Assembly: GCA_000320545.1 (NCBI GenBank)
Contig: ADNK01002679.1
Coordinates: 1-59,267 of the forward strand
Source: Bigelowiella natans CCMP2755
Taxonomy: Eukaryota > Protista > Cercozoa
Length of the DNA stretch: 59,267 bases
Direction: 5' to 3'
Below, in pieces: positions 48,531-59,267 of the stretch. Below the pieces are notes generated by a model. That model searched no databases and had not been told where the DNA came from. It saw only the letters and a list, made by a program, of their open reading frames with translations. The position numbers were made by a program, and so were the translations under genes. Every line of letters starts with the position of its first letter. Positions within the stretch are counted from its first letter, which is position 1.

Positions 48531-49527
48531 ATGGCTCCAAACACTTCACGCATTTCGGAAAGTGTAAAGACAAAGCTCGATGCAACTTACCAGAGAGCTT
48601 TGGCAGAAGACAAAATCATCACAAGAATCTCCGTCGAGGATGGAGACTCTATCATCTTTCGAGAGCAATTTGCAATCATTGGATTCGGGGAGACAAAGAC
48701 AAAGACAATGGACGTTGGTGCTAAAGTCCGTATCTACGGACTCAAAAACTCTCCAAAATTCAATGGATCGATCGGGACAATAGTTGGTCCTTTGAAGGAG
48801 GGAAGGTAAATTTGAATCAAGCCAACTTGCAGTCAAATGTGTGCGCATTGTCACTTAACCTAAGATCGTCTACTTATACTCTAATGGTGTGCTCATCATA
48901 TTTAGGCATTTGGTTAAGATTGAAGGTCATAAGAAGGTGGTAAAAATTAGACCAGGAAATCTAAACATTTTGGATGATGAGGGAAGTGAGAGAAGCTGTA
49001 CTGGCAAAGAGGCCTTGAAGGAGAAGCAATTATCGAAAGAGATTCAAAAGGCACTTGACGCCATTGCGGCATCGGATAAGTACGATGATCTCTGGGTGTT
49101 CCGCCGATTCGGGTACATTGCAAACCCTGAGATTGCGGTGTTTTTTAAATTTCCACACTCATGTTCCACCAAAATTATCACATGCTATTGTGATGCGTTT
49201 TTACTTGTTAAAGCTGATGGCAGCACGTTGAGGATGTAATGTTCAAATAGATATTCCGAGAATGAGAACCCAAATCACATGGTCTGTGTGATGGAGAGCT
49301 CTGGAATAATGGCCAAGATGTTTCAGACGAAGAAGCTAGAACCTACCTTCGACGAAATTGTGTCTAACATAGCCAAATTATGCGAAGAGAAAAGGCGCAT
49401 TCCAAAAGCAATGTGCGTAGACTATCAGCCAATCGTCAAGAGATTGCAGAACGAGCTTCGGCACAGGGGATTGTTAATGTCATATTACCCGCCGCCAAGC
49501 AAATCTGAGCGGCAACTTTATTCCTAA
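48531..49527 (+). CDS. Hypothetical protein with an SH3/KOW-like module common in protists (multi-exon)
   Basis: MDVGAKVRIYGLKNSPKFNGSIGTIVGPLKEGR|HLVKIEGHKKVVKIRPGNL joined across a GT-AG intron, followed by ORF 49279-49527. The start is uncertain, and ORFs at 47366 and 47983 may or may not belong to it. Confidence 0.55.
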
Positions 49528-50244
49528 GCTACGATTACCTTTATCTCATCTATCGTCGCCATGTAAATCGATCACATTGCGTGCATCTGCTTCATTAATA
49601 AATGCTACAAACAAGCAATCATGCATTGACAATGCACACATGCACAGCAGGCTAGGGTGCGATCGCATGTCGCACTGTGCACATTCGCAGCGGTGTAGGC
49701 GTACGCACGTGCACGCACATGGGTATTAGACGCACACAGCAGCAGCTAGCTAGCTGACGACGAGCGCACGTGCAAATTTGTGCACGTGCGATCGATGTCG
49801 CGCGCATGCGCAGTCGTAGCCGCCACTCACTAGACTCATCATGTGCAGCACGCGCGCACGCACGTCGCTGTAGACGTCCTGACTACATGACAGCCGCATG
49901 CTAGCATCGCTAGCTAGATCGCAGCATGCACACGCGCGCGCACAGCGAGCATGCTAGCATGCAGTCAGATGTGCTGCACGTACATAGCTTCGATCACACA
50001 GTGCGTTGTGCATCGCATGCTAGCATGGCCGGAGCTAGATGCATGCATGATGCCACGCTAGCTAGCACGCTAGCTAGCGTGCTAGCTAGCACGCGTGCAC
50101 CGCAATGTGCGCGACTTGTACGTGCACAGTCATTGCAATGTGGCACGACGCATCAACAAGCCAATTGTACACACAGAGTACTCTCACAAGTAGCACGCGC
50201 GCACAGGGACTTGAAGTCCCTGTGCGCGCAACGAACACGTGCAA

Positions 50245-50282
<38 letters not shown>

Positions 50283-50887
50283 CACATATATATATATATA
50301 TATATATATATGTGTTCTCACCCACACATCTAGACATGTGCCAAATCAGTGCACGTGTTCCAAGCATTGTCCACAGTCTAGCAGTGCACATGAGCAACAC
50401 ACAAGCTAGCAAGTTCACATGAATGCAACACATGCACTAATGACACATGTCTAGACATGTTCCAAAGCACACATGATCTGCAATGCACGCAGACGTCCTA
50501 ACAGGGTGCACATGGCAGAGCCCTTCATTTGGGCTGCACCAACTGCTGGCATCGCATGGCCAACAGCATCGATCATGAATGCCATTTGATGCAAGATTGC
50601 TTGCATGGCATGGTGTGTAATGCGCGACGTTACAAAGCACAGTTCGTTTTTTGGACTTCATTTCATGTGCAGTGTGGACTGATCCATGGTCATCGGCGGA
50701 ACAAAACTAACTTTCACACGTTGCATTCTAGCATTGCGCATGCACACAATGGTGTTTGTGTGTGCGTGCTCCAACAATGGACAAATCGAGATGACACCCA
50801 TGATTGCTGCAACTGAACTTAAATCTCAAATGAATTCCATGCGCCCGCATTTCTAATTTTCTAATGGGAATGCGGATTTTGTCTGAA

Positions 50888-52619
50888 TTACAAGTCAACT
50901 TCACCATTTGACCTCTTTCGTATGATCTTTTTTTCTTCAGTATTCTTTTCAACAGGTAAATCTGGTAGTTTCTCTGAATCAATCCCCATTGCTTTAAATA
51001 CTTCGTCAGATAAAGGATTCTCAGATTCAGTGTCATAAGTTGACGATATTTCTTTCAGAGTTTTCGAATATTTTTTCTCCAAACGTGCTTTCTTCTTCAG
51101 AAGTTGCGCGTCTGCAAGATCCCGTAATTTTTCGATCTGTTTATGTGCTATACTATAAAATTGATCGACTACGATGAAAATAGAGAAATAGAGTTTGACT
51201 ATGAAAAAAATACCATATCAAATCGCATCAGTTCTCCCTTGTTCTTCAATTCATTGTCGAAGTTTACGCTGATATGAAGGGTAGAAAAAAGCCTCTTCTG
51301 AAGTCTTGGAACCTCCTTTTTGGAGATAGAGCGTGAACGATCTAAGTAAAGAATATAAGAATATCGTTCTTTGGTATTACTGACCGCCATACATCATTCT
51401 GCTACTGTGCATACTTAAATTGAAATTAATGAAAATATACTGGCAGTTCGCTCTAACCTGTATCTGCTTCATTGAACAAATCTCTGGCATAGTTTTTTAT
51501 TAATTCTGCCTGTCGCTTCTCTCTTGCTAGTCTCTGTTCAAAATCCAGTTTTGCCTCCTGTTTTGCAAGTTTTGCCCTCTCTCTAATCTGTCGTCGGCTA
51601 GTTTCCAAAAGCTCCTTATACTTATTTGTTACGAGCGAAAGACCGCCACCTTCCTCTACAGCACCCCCAAGAAAATCAACTGCTTTACTGAATTTCTCTG
51701 CGCTAGCTTTTATCTTCTCATTTGATGCCTTTAATTTGTAGATTCAGAATGAATTTCAACATAATCTTACGTTTACAAAAGTAATTTAAGACACATTGCT
51801 AGTTGCTAGTACTAACATCGAGTCTATCTCGTTCTTTCGTGGCCTTCTCGACATTCTGTTTGTAAATTTTATTCTGTTCCTCTGATTACGAATAGAAAAT
51901 TAACATCGCAGAAACTGCCAAAAATGCAATATTTTAAATTACCCAGCTCTTTAACTGTTGAACGAAGTTCTTCTGCTGATTGTCCTAGTGCAACCAAATA
52001 CGCTAATAGAAAATAAATACGATGATTTGATTTTAGGGGCCCAAAGTACTGCAGAAACAAACAACTTCTCACTGCTCACTCACCATAGTTCCACACCTGC
52101 ATAGCACAAATATAATTAAGTTCAACGGTTCATTAGAGGGAGGTTAATGGTGCGCACATGCCACATTCCGAAGAGCGCAACGACCAGATAAAATATTGCC
52201 CAAATTAGTGTATCCAGATCCTCATTTACTGTTAAACACAAAGTTTATTTGCAATCTGAATGATGTAGTAACTAAGCTATGATAATTGATAATGACTAAA
52301 CCGTTACCTGGATAAACTATGATGCCAATTATTGCTAGTACAAGTGAGATGTACCAGAAGATTTTGTCGTAGGACCAGTAGTTCGTGCTTTTCAACCTGT
52401 CTACGAGGTGTTCAGCCTTGCGCTTGACATCTTGCACACCTTTCCTCAAAGATGATATGCGTCTTTGTCTAGTCCTGTTAGATTTTGAACTTTGAGCCCT
52501 TTCTACTGACACGCTTCCACCGTCTTGCTTCTGCGAATACACAGCAATTAGGCATAAGAACAATGGCATCGGTCTCAGATGTACAAAGATACCAGCTCCA
52601 CCAAGTTCACTTCCTCCAT
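50888..52619 (-). CDS. Hypothetical membrane protein with coiled coil and EF-hand-like segment (multi-exon)
   Basis: Exons read KIFWYISLVLAIIGIIVYP, LDTLIWAIFYLVVALFGMW, AYLVALGQSAEELRSTVKEL, a charged coiled-coil stretch, and LFNEADT|DLDRSRSISKKEV. Confidence 0.55.
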
Positions 52620-53451
52620 TTTTGTTAGTTAAGTTCCTTTCTTGGAAAGATCTGTGTAGAGAATAACCACCGGTATTACTAGACTACCAGACAGTACCCG
52701 GAAAAACCCAACCAGGCCATGGAACATCGCAGGCCACTTTGTTCATCATTTGAACATCAGGAACAGTTCCGCGCATTTGTTGCCCCGAGGGTCGGGGATA
52801 GCTGAACATCACATCGGTAGTTCATCTGACGAAAAGCCGCCGTCTTCTGCAGCGCGGTCACATCCTCGCGACAGCTGCACCAGTCGACGCTTTCAGGTAA
52901 ATCGCTGCCAGAAGCCAGCTTGTGCGTTCAAGACCAGCGTTTGTAGAACACTGCGACACTCTGAAGGAAATTCTGGAACGGGGGGCAGCACAAGCCAATG
53001 GCTCTTTTTGTTGGAAATTTCTAGCACAAAGATTAGCAACGACATGCATGGGTATCCAGTTTTGACATGTGGGCCTTGGTTGAGGAAGCCAGCTTCTTCG
53101 TTCACTGCAATTTGTCAATTTGGGACTCAAAGCAGGGTGAATGACTTGCGGCAGACTGTTCGTTCGTGCGTCAGTGCGCCGCCACTACATGAGTGAGTCG
53201 TTCCTTTGTCCTTCGATTGGCGAAAAGTGTGCGTATGGTGCGTCAATCTTGCAAACACCATCTGTCATAATCCTGAGAACGAGAGCTCTCGTTAAATGTC
53301 GTAGGAGAGGAATTGGCTGCGTTTTTGCGGTTCCTGCTGCTCGCACATGCTCTCACACAGTAAGCGTAGATGAGAGATTTCAATCGCCTCTCTCAACATT
53401 GAGTCAGAAACGAAAAAGAGTAGGGAGCCGGACGTGTTTGCTATCTGACCG

Positions 53452-55107
53452 ATGATGAGCTCAACAACCACCATGGATACAGTTAAAGCATCTTGCATGC
53501 CGCCTCAAAGCCCGATCTCCCACTCAGCAAAGCCAGATGTTGCGTCGGATCTACGCACGAGAAAGTTTTGTTTTGATGACGATCAACTGCGAAGAAATTA
53601 CTGGAATAGCAACAGGAACACTGACAATATAGCATCGCGTCCCTTCCCTTTTTTGGGCAAAGGTACAACAATATAATACATTCTGGACATGCACGAAGGT
53701 GTAAGATGCAAATTGCAAATGCTAGGTAACCGATTAGATATTAGAGAAGACGGAAAACGTTCTTCTGGTCCCTCTACTCCAATATCTCAGTATTCGGATA
53801 ATGCTTCCTTTTCGTCGACTTCATATACTACGAAATCTCCAAGCCAAAAGTCTATCTTTAGCCCCAAGGAGGGCAAAGACGTTCAAGTTCAATTTGAAGA
53901 TTCTTTGAGAAACTATTATAAGCATGATAAACATTTCATTGACATGATGGAGGTAAATTCTCAGAAAAAACCCGATAACCCAAATCTGAAATAGTTTCTA
54001 TTAGAACGAAAAAATTCCAATGTTGCTAAGGAATCCTTCTCGAGGAAAGCTGCCGGCACCATCTGTAATCCCTCAACATGTCTCATCTCTTATGCACTAG
54101 CGAATGTTCTATGAGCGAAACCTCTTGATTGTTTTTCCGATAATTTTTTCCTCATTGTATACAAATTGAAGGGGTCGAAGTGGTGTCGCCATTTCTTGAA
54201 AATGGAAGTCTGCCCGTAAGATTAATTAACTTGAGTAATGTTCTGGTTGTAAAGAAAATCACAATCGTTAGATGGAGAGAAAAATGCGTCTTCGCACACC
54301 ATCCTACGGAATTTCATCCCATGGCTTGTGATGAGGACGAAGTCTGTAGAAACAGGTACTAAAAACTGAAACCTGAAGTATTTGTGATGCAAATTTCAAT
54401 GAGATCACAATAGGTGTTGCGAATACTTACACTCTGATGAGAGCAAAGAAGTAAGTAAATCTTACCGAACACATAGGATAATTATTAGAATTTGGTAACA
54501 AAGAAGCAAAACAGTGCTTGTAAGAAATACTTAATTAATTTCTTCAAAAATATTTTCCAGAAGGATGCTCTCTTTGTTCGGGTTCAATTAAGACAAATGT
54601 ATAACATTATCCGTGGAAGAAAGAAGTCTAAGTGTCATATCCGAAGGTAACTTTATACCCTAATCCTAATTTAGTACAAAGTCAGCGAATATATTGAGAA
54701 GATCTACCTGTACTATTGCCAATTGCCAATTATTGTCCCTAAGACGAAGATTTCAAGATTCCCCGCGAAGCGTTCGAGTGAATAAACCTACGACTGTGAA
54801 AAGGATAGCATTCAAAGCAAGAGGCAAAAAGCATATTACCTTTGTTCCTGAAGATACTGGATTCAGAAACGTAATGCATGGTCACAAGATTTTTGAAGGA
54901 CACAGGAATCACACAAAACGATCCAATCGACCTGGAAGGCGGCCAGCTCAGAAATTCTACAAGAATATCTCGAAGTCTGAGTGTCAATATCGTTCATATG
55001 TACAAAGTGGTCCCTTCTCTTTCTCACCCAGTTTGCGCCAATACAAATGTCAGCACGAGAGAGAATCTAGATCTAAATTCAGTCACTTTCATTGCGATTA
55101 TGAGTAA
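53452..55107 (+). CDS. Probable multi-exon hypothetical gene
   Basis: Successive plus-strand ORF segments bounded by GT/AG, with normal TpA content. No recognisable motif. Confidence 0.3.
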
Positions 55108-55499
55108 ATGTCATGGCACGTGTTAAGGATGATTTCATCAACGTTGTAGTTTCCATTAATGATTCTGAACTGCATTGATGACAAGTGAAAGTGAGAGTTG
55201 GCAAGAATTCCAGCAATGTGAACGTTGAATCGAACATTGAACTCTGGATTGTCATTGTTGTCACGTGCACAGCTTGGCATAGATCGAACATGCCAACCAT
55301 GCCAGAAGCAATGCGATTAACGACAACTGTTGCAAACAGACACTTGCCGCTTCCGCGATGCAAGAAATTGATCCAGTGCCAGAGTGGCTGGCGTGCTATC
55401 GTGTGAACAGTGAACAGGCGCAACGCGGACGAGAAGGGTGTCAAAAGTCATTGGGACAATCACGCTGACATCAAACGCATGAACAAGTGTTCTCATGGA

Positions 55500-55950
55500 A
55501 ACGTGAAACATGAAACAATGAACAATGAACAATGAACAATGAAGAAAGCGTTGATCAAAACATCATGAAACATGAAAGAAGCATTGATCAAAAATCACAT
55601 GCGCCAGAACCACATGGGAGACCGGCATTCACTCATGGGAAACGCAAGCGTTTGCATGCAGCCGAACATTGAATGGATGAATGACCATTGCAAGTTTGCC
55701 AGTGTGGTCGGTCCTTGGGGCACAATGAACAATGAACAATGAACAAAGCGTTGATCAAATCTGCGTGCGCCAGAACCACATGGGAGACAGGCGTTTGCAT
55801 GCAGCAGAGCTAGAGAGCCTCAACAACACTCGTTGCAAGGACTTGTCAGCACCCTGTTGGTGATGAGACACAAAAACCAGCTAACAACCCATCAGAGGCT
55901 CCAAAAAAGCCGCGTGAAGGGATGAAGTTGCCATGGCTACCCATCTGAAG
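55500..55950. repeat. Dispersed repeat copy B, related to 28327-28620
   Basis: Same (AACAATG)n subunits and the same downstream cctcaacaacactcgttgcaaggacttgtcagcaccctgttgg block. Confidence 0.85.
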
Positions 55951-56891
55951 GGCACACTTTTGTGCATCTTGTCATTGACATCTAGACATCCAGACATTTA
56001 GCGAGGCTAAAGATGTCGCAACATGATGCTCCCCTGCATTTTGTTGAGATCTTCTCCATTGCCGACTATGCTAGGGGCGAACAGGTGCAGTGTTGTCGCA
56101 CTCGTAGTTTCGCCTGTGGAATTCGTAAATTTCACGATTAAAAAAAAATCGCTGGTGTCGCATCTGGCTCCGGCTGCGAGCACGCGGAACGGAGATAGGA
56201 ACGCCACATCGAATCACCCCTCCATGTTTCGTGTGGTGCAAACAGAAAAAAAAGGAAAAGCTGCTGTTGCAGGTTCGGTGGCTTCATTCCGTTTGTTGTC
56301 ATTGAACAACGCAAAGACTGAAGCCGCTCGTTTGTGACTATTAGAAAAGAATCTGAAGAGGGGCACCTGGGTAGCAGGTTGTTTACTCCGGAGAGATACA
56401 AGATTATGAGACTTTTGATGCCCTCGTGGTGTACGTTTCACCGCATATATTCTTACTTATCCTATGAAGGAAGTATACCGTTGGCATTTACGGCCATCCA
56501 AAGTTCGAAAAAGCGATATTGCGCCTCATGCTCTCAAAGAATACCAGTAAGTCTTGAGATCTCATCAGCACAAACGCATTGAAGTGATGAAAAACTGACC
56601 TGGGTACTGAAGTAAGGATGCTTCGATGTCTCAGGCCGATTCGAAAACAACAACACACTGTCACGTCTGCTTCCAGGTATGAATCATTAAGAGATTATGC
56701 ACTCCCCATACAGCCACGATCAATCGCCATGCTCACAGGTCTGGTTTTGCTGTGACCACTGCGCCGAATTCGGAGGAATGGTAAGCAAACGTTTTGACTT
56801 TCATGGGCGGAAATTCTCGATATAATGGATGTTTGGCAAAGGAGATGGGCACTAAAGGGAATGGCTCGAGTCGCTTCACACACTCGCTCAT

Positions 56892-57280
56892 ATGCCCCGC
56901 GCTAAAGAAATTAAGGTAGTTTTGTTAGTCATTCTACGCAATCTTCACTTCAGAAGACAGAAGCTCTCTTTATTAACATCACCGGATTCATCAAAAATTA
57001 TTCGTCCATCGTTACAGATCGTCAAAGAGGAAGATAGACCCACACCTAAACTCTCTAATCCGTCTGGCATTGGAGTTTCTTCGGAGGGCATTCCACCTGC
57101 TCACTCCCCCTCAAAACGTAGACGATGGCCAAGATCAGGAGATACAGTTCCGCCCTCCTAAAGTCGGTTACAATCACTACTGTCTACCACAAGTCGAGAC
57201 ATCACAAAATCACATACACATACTGACACGCCTTTGCAAGAACGACGCCCATCCTGTCGCCATTGCAGACTAAAATTCGG

Positions 57281-57325
<45 letters not shown>

Positions 57326-58207
57326 CCCTCCCCCCCCCCTCCCTTTTTTTTCCCCGATTGGAAAGAGAAAGCGAATAGCCCCATCCAGAAATGTACCTAA
57401 ATCCGAGCCTCAAGAAGCTGTGGCGGGTGATAGCTCCCATTCAGACAAAGACGGCGGAGGCGGCAGGGAAGGAGTGGAGGGGGGGGGCGATAGTAAAACT
57501 TTCCTTGGCGAAGCAACTATTGGTGATGACGAGATAGATTCTAAGATTCAAATTATCGGTATCTTCTCTCTTGACAAGTTTTCCATATGAACATAAGTCT
57601 CCATCTTGCAATGGCCCCTCGTACTGCACCCGCTGACTCCGCTACCCCCCTCCCCCCCCCTCCCATCATAAATTTCCATGCGCGATCTGAGGTGACATAA
57701 TCATTTGACTGGCCCGAATACCATACCACCCAACAATACCTAACACAGCACCGTCAAAAGAAAAACTGAGAGAAATGGAAGCTAGTACGGAAGAACACGT
57801 CTTAAAGGTGAGCCCATGCTAAGAAGCCCAGATGTACACACACCACACACACACACGCGCGCGCGAACGATACAATAATACGCCACTTGTGTTTCACTGC
57901 CATAAAGGTGAGTGAGAAAGAGTACATTGTCGATCATTACACCGACTTTGCTGCTGACTACAACGACACCGTTTGCCGTGAGTACGGATATACGGCGCAC
58001 GAACGCATTCCGTGCAGGATAATAGAAGCACTGTTGTCATCGAGGAAGAGGAGGCGTATGTTTCAATTACCATTCATTCTCATTGACCTATTATTCAGCA
58101 TGAATCTCTTCTATTGCTATGCGTAGTAATTACGATACTGAGCATAAAAGACAAAGTCTAATGTGGGACGTTATTGACGACCTCACACACACCACACACA
58201 TAAATAC

Positions 58208-58251
<44 letters not shown>

Positions 58252-59267
58252 TATTTTAATATTAATATGCACGTCTCTGTATGTACAATACCAGACGAAT
58301 CTGTTGATATTCGTTTGATTTCTTTTCCGTGTTCACCCCAGCAACGAGTAGCGGAGGACGAGAATCAGCCTTCAAAGTGCTCGATCTTGGGTGTGGCACT
58401 GGACTTTCATCGTCGCCATTCTTTGCTGCTTCCTCCTCCTCCTCCTCCTCCTCCTCCTCCTCCTTCGCTCCATCATCATCATTATCATCATCAGCAGCAC
58501 CAACAACAGCAGCAGCAACAACAACAACAACCGCAACAACCTCTCGAGAGTCTTCTTCATCATCATCCTTGGCCTTTCATGTGTCCGGTGTGGATTTATC
58601 ACGTGAGATGCTAGCCGAGGCGGGAAAACTGCCATATCGAAGATTACATCAAATGTCTGTAGAGGTGGAAGAAAGAGCATTGCCTCGTCGCTACTATTCA
58701 TGTTGCTGTTTCTGCCGTTGTTGCGTTATTAACGGGAGGATAAGCGTGAGCATTGATTGAATTACTTTCGCAGCAGCCAGCCCTTTAACGACTGAAATTA
58801 ACAGGACGAGAATCTTGAGGCTGTGGTTGGTGATGAGGGGCCATTTGACGCCATTGTGATTTTAGGTGGTGATGATGACAACGATGATGGCGATGATGAT
58901 GGTGATGATGATGATGATGATGATGATCGGCGATGTGACGATTACTGTGTTTTCAATGGCGTCAAAGTCCTCGCATGAAGATTGAAAGCAAAATACTATT
59001 GCATATTCCTCGTCCGATGGGCCTATGCAGCGTGTTGATGGACGGCATACGAAATCATCAGGTGTATTCGAATTCATCCGCGAGCCTTTGCAGGTGCTTC
59101 AACGCTGTTTCCGCCTCCTGAAAGACGAAGAGGGATACCTTGGCATTGCAGTGCCAGTGAAGGTAAACAGACGACTACTCGTTCCATCCTCTCTTTTATC
59201 GCTCTGTGCATGAATCAACAACAAAAACAAGTGTCACTCAGCGCTTTAAAGCGTAGTATTAAGTTTT
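56892..59267 (+). CDS. Class I SAM-dependent methyltransferase (multi-exon, runs off right edge)
   Basis: HYTDFAADYNDTVCREYGYTAH; motif I KVLDLGCGTGLS; motif II VSGVDLSREMLAEA; GPFDAIVIL|GVFEFIREPLQVLQRCFRLLK..GYLGI. The N-terminal exons and start are uncertain. Confidence 0.8.

Noticed and set aside
49926-50816. Cys/His-rich ORFs (also at 2773-3213, 33874-34542 and 44407-44906) as zinc-finger or metallothionein genes
   Set aside because: They overlap in several frames on both strands and are explained by TG/CA-rich, stop-poor sequence.

Overview
Nuclear DNA from an intron-rich unicellular eukaryote, with short GT-AG introns and many (TA)n/(GA)n/(CA)n microsatellites. The style suggests a rhizarian or chlorarachniophyte-like protist, but that is only a weak inference. 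Genes reconstructed by hand, left to right: 5' part of a DEAH-box helicase; a septin with C-terminal membrane helices; pirin; an SLC4/BOR-type anion transporter with about 25 exons; an MGC-acylated EF-hand protein; two head-to-head NADPH oxidase paralogs flanking an AP2-like gene; a 2OG-Fe(II) oxygenase-like gene; an SLC43/Fmp42-like MFS transporter; a near-identical duplicated 2-kb ORF; a decayed pogo/Fot1-like transposase; several hypothetical genes; and a class I SAM methyltransferase. Two things stand out. (1) Both Nox genes appear to encode a single-chain SH3 + p22phox-like 4-TM domain + gp91phox-like oxidase, and one copy has TAG at a conserved Trp. (2) Intergenic and transposon DNA is almost free of TpA, which appears to have become TpG/CpA, except in CTAG, while CpG is retained and transcribed DNA is spared. 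This looks like a 'reverse-RIP' A-to-G hypermutation of silent DNA. All exon structures and counts were done by eye and need computational confirmation.
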